Assembly (NCBI RefSeq): GCF_006345805.1
Contig: NC_043006.1
Span: 30,442,001 to 30,506,000, forward strand
Source: Octopus sinensis
Lineage: Eukaryota
DNA: 64,000 bases
Direction of reading: 5' to 3'
The position numbers were made by a program, and so were the translations under genes. The notes under the pieces were generated by a model. That model did not search any database. It saw only the letters and a list, made by a program, of their open reading frames with translations, and was not told the origin of the DNA. Of this stretch, positions 12,409-21,467 are shown piece after piece. Positions within the stretch are counted from its first letter, which is position 1, and the number at the start of each line of letters is the position of its first letter.

Positions 12409-12506
12409 CGGTTTTTTTGACTATTTATTAATTTTATGTATTGATTAAGTCTTTCCTTGTTTGTTTTGCAAAATAGTGGTTTTGTCTCAAATAATATTTT
12501 ATATAT

Positions 12507-12567
<61 letters not shown>

Positions 12568-12571
12568 TATA

Positions 12572-12725
12572 TGGCGTTAGGAAGGGCATCCAGCTGTAGA
12601 AACATTGCCAGATAAGACCGGAGCCTGGTGCAGCCTTCTGGCTTCCCAGATCCCCGGTCGAACCGTCCAACCCATGCTAGCATGGAGAACGGACGTTAAA
12701 CGATGATGATGATGATGATGATGAT
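12572..12725 (+). mobile_element. RTE 3'-tail copy (short, ends in (GAT)n)
   Basis: GGCGTTAGGAAGGGCATCCAGCTGTAGAAAC...CCAACCCATGCTAGCATGG...GATGATGAT, the same as the 3' end of the longer RTE copies. Confidence 0.85.
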
Positions 12726-12739
12726 ATATATATATATAT

Positions 12740-12940
12740 GTGACCTCATGTGTACCGTTGGTGATTTTTTTTCCTCTGTCTTCCCTTCTCTGGACCTTTC
12801 CTTCCCATATATTTCCGACGAAGTGCTCCGCTCGAAACGTTAAACCCTCCTTCTTTCCTGAGCGTCCAATAATACTATATCTGTTCCACGTCCTTGCATT
12901 GTTGTGTTTTTTTTGTGTTTTCTTGTTTGGATTAACTTTA
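12740..12940 (+). mobile_element. About 190-bp cassette with a degenerate hammerhead-like motif (CCGACGA-A-stem II-GAAACGTT)
   Basis: Motif at 12812-12844. A second copy of the whole cassette lies at 15130-15316; both end TTTGGATTAACT followed by (TA)n. Confidence 0.55.
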
Positions 12941-12949
12941 TATATATAT

Positions 12950-12984
<35 letters not shown>

Positions 12985-13014
12985 GATATATATATATATG
13001 TATATATATGGATA

Positions 13015-14355
13015 TCATCATCATCATCATTTAGCGTGCGTTTTCCATGCTAGCATGGGTTGGACAGTTCAACTGGGGTCTGTGAAGCCGGAAGGCCACA
13101 TCAGGCCCAGTCAGATCTGGCAGTGTTTCTACGGCTGGATGCCCTTCCTAACGCCAACCACTCCGTGAGTGTAGTGGGTGCACAGGTGCCAGACGGAGAT
13201 GGCAAACGGCCACGAATGGATGGTGCTTTTACATGTCACCAGCACGGGGGCCAGACGAGGCTGGCAACGGATGCAAGCACATGGTGCTTTTACATGCCAC
13301 CGGCATGGGGGCCAGGCGAGGCTGGCAGCGGACACGACGATCGGATGGTTCGCTTAACCACAGCTGCAACTTCCACTGGTGTTGATCGGCCTCAATTTTG
13401 GTTCTGCTTTCTGATGACTGTTCTCACTGGTCTTGCCGGGTCTTCTCATGCACAGCATACTTCCATAGGTCTCGGTCTCCAGTCATTTCCTTGGTGAGAC
13501 CTAAAGTTCGAAGGTCGTGCTTCACCACCTTGTCCCAGGTTTTCCTGGGTCTACCTCTTCTACAGGTCCCCTCAACTGCCAGGGTGTGGCACTTTTTCAC
13601 ACACCTATCTTCATCCATTCTCGCCACATGACCATACCAGCGCAATCGTCTCTCTTGCACACAATAACTGATGCTTCTTAGGTCCAACTTTTCTCTCAAG
13701 GTACTTACACTCTGTCGATTATGGATACTGACATTACACATCCATCGAAGCATACTAGCTTCATTTCTTGTGAGCTTACGCAAATCCTCAGCAGTCACAG
13801 CCCATGTTTCACTACCATGTAGCATGGCTGTACGTACACATACATCATACAGTCTGCCTTTTACTTTGAGCAAGAGGCCTTTTGTCACCAGCAGGGGTAA
13901 GAGCTCTCTAAACTTTGCCCAGGCTATTCTTACTCTAGCAGTTACACTTTCAGCACACCCGCCCCCGCTACTGACTTGGTCACCTAGGTAGCGGAAGCTG
14001 TCAACTATTTCTAGTTTTTCTCCCTGGAACGTGGTAGAAGTTGGTCTCTGCATATTTTCAGAGTTTATTGCTCCTGAGCATCTGCCACAGATAAAAACTA
14101 TTTTCCTAGTTAGTCTTCCTTTGACATTACTACATCTCTTATGTGTCCATAGCTTACATTTGGTGCATCTTATAGAGTTTCTACCTACGCCTTTTCTACA
14201 GATCGAGCAGGGCCATCTACCTGAAGGCGTTTGTGATTGGTCTACCTTCCTACTTATTAGGACTTTGGTTTTGGCTAGGTTGATTCTAAGGCCCTCGATT
14301 CTAATCCTTGCTTCCACACCTGAAACTTCTCCTCCAGTTCTACCATAACCGTAGC
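13015..14355 (-). mobile_element. 5'-truncated RTE-type LINE; ORF 13424-14317 encodes a PHD-like finger and the C-terminal region
   Basis: CSIC..CTKC..H..C..CGRC, FRYLGDQ, MLHGSETW, RWYGHV, GRPRKTW motifs; 3'UTR tandem repeats; (GAT)n tail at 13012-13030. Confidence 0.92.
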
Positions 14356-14379
14356 CTCCAAGAATATAAATAAAACAAG

Positions 14380-14417
14380 TCTTTTACGTTTCGAGCCTAC
14401 GCTCTTCAACAGAAAGA
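14380..14417 (-). ncRNA. Minimal hammerhead-like motif with variant core
   Basis: Minus strand TCTTT-CTGTTGA-A-GAGC(GTAG)GCTC-GAAACGTA-AAAGA: 5-bp stem I, 4-bp stem II, palindromic ACGT stem III, GUA triplet. The core has A6 changed to U. Confidence 0.5.
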
Positions 14418-14944
14418 TACACAGAAAAGAAACAAGGAGAAAAAAAATGCATGCAGAAGCTAGCGATTCAACATGGCGATTCTGGCCAGAAGTCAGAGAT
14501 CAAATGTGAGACGCAAGAGCGAAAATAGGGGAGATAACAGGGTCAAATGACTTCGCCCCAACATAAGGGTGCGTGTGTGTATGAGAGAGTATGTGGTGCA
14601 TATGAAAGGTCTGGACGTGTGTATGTATGTATGTATGATGTGATGTGTAATGTCATATGGTGTAGTGTAGAGAGGGGAGATGAGGGGGAGAGTGAGAGAG
14701 AGAGTGGAGGAGGAGAGAGGAGATATATATATGGATATACTCTTTTTACTCTCTTTTCTCTTTTACTTGTTTCAGTCATTTGACTGCGGCCATGCTGGAG
14801 CACCGCCTTTTAGTACTTATTCTATCGGTCTCTTTTGCCGAACCGCTAAGTAACGGGGACATAAGCACACCAGCATCAGTTGTCAAGCAATGCTAGGGGG
14901 ACAAACACAAACACACACATACATACATATATATATATATATAT

Positions 14945-15108
14945 ACGACAGGCTTCTTTCAGTTTCCGTCTACCAAATCCACTCACAAGGCTTTGGTCGG
15001 CCCGGGGCTACAGTAGAAGACACTTGCCCAAGATGCCACGCAGTGGGACTGAACCCGGAACCATGTGGCAGGTAGACAAGCTACTTACCACACAGCCACT
15101 CCTGCGCC
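14945..15108 (-). mobile_element. tRNA-derived SINE
   Basis: Minus strand GGCGCAGGAGTGGCTGTGTGGTAAG (A box) ... GGGTTCAGTCCC (B box) ... TTGGGCAAGTGTCTTCTAC. Related copies at 32900 and 50030. Confidence 0.85.
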
Positions 15109-15129
<21 letters not shown>

Positions 15130-15139
<10 letters not shown>

Positions 15140-15316
15140 TCCTCTGTTTTCCCTTCTCTGGATCTTTCCTTCTCCTATATTTCCGACGAAGAGCTCCGCT
15201 CGAAATGTTAAACCCTCCTTCTTCCCTTCCTTCCTGAGCGTCCAATAATACTACATTTGTTCCATGTCCTCGTGTTGTTGTGTTTTCTCTTTGTGTTTTC
15301 ATGTTTGGATTAACTA
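15130..15316 (+). mobile_element. Second copy of the about 190-bp hammerhead-like cassette
   Basis: TTTCCGACGA-A-GAGC(TCC)GCTC-GAAATGTTAAA at 15180-15212; the flanks align with 12740-12940. Confidence 0.55.
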
Positions 15317-15340
15317 TATATGTGAATATATATATATATA

Positions 15341-17790
15341 TGGATAACCTCATCAACACTCTGTACATGGAGCAAATAATACTCCAACCAACAAGGGCAG
15401 GTAACATACTGGATCTCTGCTTCACAAATAATATGGATCTCATCCATAATGTGAAAGTGACACTGACACTACTCTCGGATCACAACATGGTAGAGCTGAA
15501 CATGTACGGGTCAAAGGAAAGCATAGACTTGCAGTCTACAAGAAATCTCAGAATCTTTCCAGCTTTAACTTCCATAAGGCAAACTGGAAACAAATTGAGA
15601 AAGAGATCCTCAAACAAAACTGGCCTGAATGTCTCTCCTCGCCAGACATCGACATGAAACTTCAACAGTTCATGTCTGTAATGCAAGCCATATGCTACAA
15701 ATGTGTCCCAGAGAGAAAGGCCACTGTACACAAGAACAAAATCCCCAGAGAGAGGAAAATTCTAATGAGACAGCATACAAAAGTTTCAAATCACCTAAAC
15801 AAACAAATTGAAAGCAGTGAAAAGTCCCGCCTGAAAATAAACCTGTTGGAAATTGAAAAATGTCTGCAACTCTCCCATGAAAAAGAAAGAGCAGACAAAG
15901 AAGTCTAGGCTATAGACAACATAAAATCTAACCCCAGAGCTTTCTACAGGTATGCCAAAGAAACAGCTACGGTGCACTGTAGGATAGGGCCACTCCTTGA
16001 AAAGGAAGGCACACTCACAGGAAATCCAATGAGGATAAGTGAAATACTAAATGAGCAATTCAAGAGTATTTTCACTCCACCCCTTGGGCATTTTCAAGTC
16101 AGCAATCCAACTGACTTCTTTACCACTGCAGATATAAAATCAGAGGCAGTGATGATTGATTACATCAATATAAAGGAAGACGATGTAATAAAGGCTATAG
16201 ATGAAATGAAAACAAACTCAGCTACTGGCCCCGATGGATTCCCAGCAAAACTTCTAAAAGTATGTAAGAGAGTCCTAGCAAGACCACTGCAGTTCCTCTT
16301 TCAGAGCTTCCTTGCAACTGGCAAACTTCCAAGAAAACTGTAGGAAGGTAAAATATGCCCTATTCATAAAGGAGGTAGCAGAGCGGAGGCCAAGAACTAC
16401 AGACCTATCTCTCTGACCTCACACATCAGCAAGGTCATGGAACGAATAGTCAGAAGGAAACTAATCACCTTCCTTAGAGAAAATGACTTGCTGCCTGACA
16501 CCCAACATGGTTTCCGACCAGGAAGAAGCTGCCTAACTCAGCTCCTACAACACTATGACTGGGTGCTGAAACGACTGCTCAACCACTCAAGTGTGGAAGT
16601 CATATATCTCGACTTTGCAAAGGCCTTTGATAAAGTCGATCATGGAATGATATGTCACAAACTGTGTGATCTTGGCATAGTTGGAAAATTGGAAGAATGG
16701 TTCATGACTTTCTGAAGGATAGAAGCCAGGTGGTAGTAGCCAATGGGGCCACTTCCATTAACACGCAAATAGTGAGCGGTGTTCCGCAAGGCACTGTTTT
16801 GGGACCACTACTGTTCATAATGGCCCTCTCAGACATGCCATCATCCATGCAGAGAGCCATGATCACAAGTTATGCAGATGATACAAAGTTTCACAGGCTG
16901 AAAAGAATAGCATGCAGTCCAATGCTGAAAAGTTTCAAGCTTTATGCTATCAGCATGCAAAACTAAATGCAATACCCAATAAATACACTGGACCTGGAGG
17001 GATTGCAATTCCAGAGGCACAATCAGTGCGAGACCTGGGTATTTACATGTGTGATGATGCAACCTTTCATGTGCATGTTGCTAAATTGGCAATGAAATGT
17101 AGGCGGCTGACCGGATGGATTCTTAGAACCTTTAGAACAAGAGACCAGGAAACCATGATGGTCCTCTGGAGGACACTTGTCCTAAGCCACTTTGACTATT
17201 GCTCTCAGCTATGGTCACCATCCATGTCAAGTTAATCACAGAACTTGAGGCGATCCAACGAAGAAGATAGCCTCTGTGCAGCATATAAGCTACTGGGAAA
17301 GACTTGAGAGATTAAGACTCTATTCCTTAGAGCATAGGTGAAAAAGATATGCCATAATATACATCTGGAAGATCCTAGAAGGACTTGTCCCAAACTTTGG
17401 CTTCGAGAGTTACACAAATGCTAGACCTGGGTGCCACTGCATAGTGCCAAGGACTCCAAATTTGCCATCAAGATGTAGGACAAGATACTGTGATAGCCTG
17501 GGCTTCAGAGGCCCACAGCTCTTCAATATCCTCCCGAAGAACCTGAGAGACTTGCATGGGGTGGATGCAGATGTCTTTAAAATAAAACTGGATCTCTTCC
17601 TGTCAGGTGTCCCAGATGAATCAACTTCACGGCAGGAGGTGCAGATGAGGGCAGCTGCATTGAACTCTCTCATGCACCAAATGATAATTGCTAAAAAGCA
17701 TTTATGAAGTAAAATCATGTAGCAACACAAAATAATGGTGCCCCAGCATGGCCACAGCTCATGAGCTGAAACTAGATAAAAAAAAAAAAT
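15341..17790 (+). mobile_element. Decayed CR1/L2-group LINE (end of APE domain plus RT), with A-rich tail
   Basis: Frameshifted ORFs carry QPTRAGNILDLCFTN, QHGFRPGRSCLTQLL, YLDFAKAFDKVDH, GVPQGTVLGPLLF and YADDTK; A-run at 17778-17789. Confidence 0.92.
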
Positions 17791-18093
17791 ATATATATGG
17801 ATTTATATATATATATGGGTATATATATATTTGGGCCTCAACATAGCCAATGAACAGGTTCGCATAGTTGGGGCCCATTCGTGTTTCCATGGCCACTCCC
17901 GAGACCTGTTGGTAGAACTCGCCCGCAAATGAGAAGCAGTTAAGAGAAAGGACAAGTTCGGCCAGACGAATGAGTGTGGAGGTGTCAGGTTCGGGGTTGG
18001 GGTGGAGGTCGAGAAAGTGTTATATATATATATACATACATATACATATATACATACATATACATATATATACATACATACACATATATATAT

Positions 18094-18180
<87 letters not shown>

Positions 18181-18826
18181 CATACATATACATATATGTA
18201 TACATACATATACATATATATACATACATATACATATATATACATACATATACATACATATACATATAAACTCCTCTTCACAATGGACATCCAGAGCCTC
18301 TATACCGTCATCCCTCACCACGAAGGACTGCGGGCACTTCAACACTTTCTACACCTCCGCCCCAACCACGAACCCGACACCTCCACATTCATTCGTCTGG
18401 CCGAACTTGTCCTTTCTCTTAACTGCTTCTTGTTCGAGGGCGAGTTCTACCAACAGGTCTCGGGTGTGGCCATGGGATATATATGGATATATATATGGAT
18501 ATATATATATATGGATTTATATATATATATGGGTATATATATTTGGGCCTCAACATAGCCAATGAACAGGTTCGCATAGTTGGGGCCCATTCGTGTTTCC
18601 ATGGCCACTCCCGAGACCTGTTGGTAGAACTCGCCCGCAAATGAGAAGCAGTTAAGAGAAAGGACAAGTTCGGCCAGACGAATGAGTGTGGAGGTGTCAG
18701 GTTCGGGGTTGGGGTGGAGGGTGGAGTCGAGAAAGTGTTATATATATATATACATACATATACATATATACATACATATACATATATATACATACATACA
18801 CATATATATATATACATACATATATA

Positions 18827-18901
<75 letters not shown>

Positions 18902-19229
18902 CATACATATACATATATGTATACATACATATACATATATATACATACATATACATATATATACATACATATACATACATATACATATAAACTCCTCTTC
19001 ACAATGGACATCCAGAGCCTCTATACCGTCATCCCTCACCACGAAGGACTGCGGGCACTTCAACACTTTCTACACCTCCGCCCCAACCACGAACCCGACA
19101 CCTCCACATTCATTCGTCTGGCCGAACTTGTCCTTTCTCTTAACTGCTTCTTGTTCGAGGGCGAGTTCTACCAACAGGTCTCGGGTGTGGCCATGGGATA
19201 TATATGGATATATATATGGATATATATAT
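17791..19229. repeat. Tandem duplication (period about 712-721 bp); each unit has two inverted Penelope-type RT fragments separated by TA/TACA microsatellite
   Basis: Minus fragments 17831-18020 and 18543-18738 encode [44 protein letters not shown]. Plus fragments 18268-18478 and 18989-19199 encode [25 protein letters not shown]. These are Penelope-type RT motifs. Confidence 0.9.
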
Positions 19230-19345
19230 GGATAACCTCATCAACACTCTGTACATGGAGCAAATAATACTCCAACCAACCAGGATCTCTGTTTGTTTGT
19301 ACTCCACCTGCCTTCGTCTTTTGTTTATTTTCGTAAACCTTCCCG

Positions 19346-19383
<38 letters not shown>

Positions 19384-19467
19384 TGTAAATATAAACCATC
19401 CGATCTTCTGATTACCTCATTTCTTCTAATATATATATACATATACATATATATATATATACATACA

Positions 19468-20198
19468 TACTAAGTAATTAAGGGTTTAGCAACGAATTGC
19501 CTCACCACACACCGAATTTAGAAATAGCAGTCAAAGAGTCATAGCTATTCTTTCTACTAAAAGGGAGATCTCAGTAAAAACACAGCACTTGAAAGGCAAA
19601 CACAGACAGGTAAGAGAGAATGAAATGACGGCAATCTATCATACAATTTTAAGTCACCCACGGACGTACGTTTCGAAATTAAGTTTTAGGAAAGCATAAG
19701 AATTAGATAATTATGTCTTACCCAACTTCTTTTCTCATCAGCGTAGGACACTACAATTATGAATAATTGTATATTAAATTTCGAGATACTAGAAGGCATC
19801 ATCTCAACTCAGTATCAGAGCGAGCTAAAGCCGTTACCAGTATCACCAAATTCAAAGTGTGAATGAAAGTTTGTGTCACCAACCCCTTCCCACCCGCGTG
19901 TAGCCAAGACAAGATGCTGTGGTCATTTACTGGGATGAAATATGGTTATCAGCAACAATATAGGGTGAAATTAATTAATTTGGAATAATCATTAATTACA
20001 CCAAGTAGATTTTGGCATGTAAAAGCCTCATTCGAGGAAAGTTTAAGTAATACTAAGTAATTAAGGGTTTAGCAACGAATTGCCTCACCACACACCGAAT
20101 TTAGAAATAGCAGTCAAAGAGTCATAGCTATTCTTTCTACTAAAAGGGAGATCTCTGCTATTTCTAAATTCGGTGTGTGGTGAGGCAATTCGTTGCTA
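19468..20198. mobile_element. 583-bp unit with 105-bp direct terminal redundancy (19468-19572 = 20051-20155) and a 44-bp fold-back (20070-20113 / 20155-20198)
   Basis: Direct base-by-base comparison; flanked on both sides by (TA)/(TACA)n. Confidence 0.9.
19664..19744 (-). ncRNA. Type I hammerhead-like motif with extended stem II
   Basis: Minus strand ACG-CTGATGA-GAAA...(AAGTT/AACTT, TAAGA/TCTTA)...TTTC-GAAACGTA-CGT: canonical core, palindromic ACGT stem III, GUA triplet, but only 3 bp of clear stem I. Confidence 0.55.
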
Positions 20199-20371
20199 TA
20201 CATACATATATATATATATACATATACATACATATACATATACATACATATACATACATATACATATACATACATATACATATACATACATATACATATA
20301 CATATACATACATATATATATATACATACATATATATATATACATACATATATATATATATACATACATAT

Positions 20372-20430
<59 letters not shown>

Positions 20431-20612
20431 CATACATATATATATATACTATATATATATATATATACTTACATATATATATATATATTACATACATATA
20501 TATATATATATATATATACATACATATATATATATATACTACATATATATATATATACTTACATATATATATATATATGTATATACATACATATATATAT
20601 ATATATATATAC

Positions 20613-20644
<32 letters not shown>

Positions 20645-21112
20645 CATACATACATATATATACATACATACATATATATATATATACATATATATATACA
20701 TACATATATATATATATACATACATATATATATATACTACATATATATATATTATATATACATACATACATATATAATACATACATACATATATATAATA
20801 TATATATATATATACATACACATATATATATATATACATACATATATATATATATACATACATATATATAATATACATATATATATATATACATACATAT
20901 ATATATATATACTTACATATATATATATATGTATATACATACTATATATATATATATACATACATACATATATATATATATATATTATATATACATACAT
21001 ACTATATATATACATAAATATATACATATATACATACATATAATATACATATATATATACATACATATATATATACATATATATATATATATACATATAT
21101 ATACATACATAA
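20197..21112. repeat. About 0.9-kb compound (TA)n/(TACA)n microsatellite
   Basis: Direct inspection. Confidence 0.97.
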
Positions 21113-21251
21113 TATCACGTCACGTGATCACGTGACCGACCAGACCATCAGATGTTGTTACACATCGCTGGTCACAATGCGTTGGCATTGTTTTAGCCTT
21201 CGAATGACGCCACCCCGCTGGCTAAGCGAGCAGGCCAACATACATAAATAT

Positions 21252-21296
<45 letters not shown>

Positions 21297-21435
21297 CATT
21301 ATTATATATATATATATGCATACATATATATATATATATACATACACATATATATATATACATATATATATATATACATACATATATATATATATACATA
21401 CATATATATATATATACATAAATACATATATATAC

Positions 21436-21464
<29 letters not shown>

Positions 21465-21467
<3 letters not shown>

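Larger units (their letters stand above)
12176..12503. repeat. 328-bp palindrome with no spacer (centre 12339/12340)
   Basis: Arms are reverse complements from TATAAAATATTATTTGAG to CTCAAATAATATTTTATA, differing only by two 1-nt indels. Centre ...TACAAATTA|TAATTTGTA... Confidence 0.95.

Noticed and set aside
14945-15108. tRNA-like A/B boxes here and at 7290, 32900 and 50030
   Set aside because: No complete cloverleaf; they continue into shared SINE body sequence, so they are SINE heads rather than tRNA genes.
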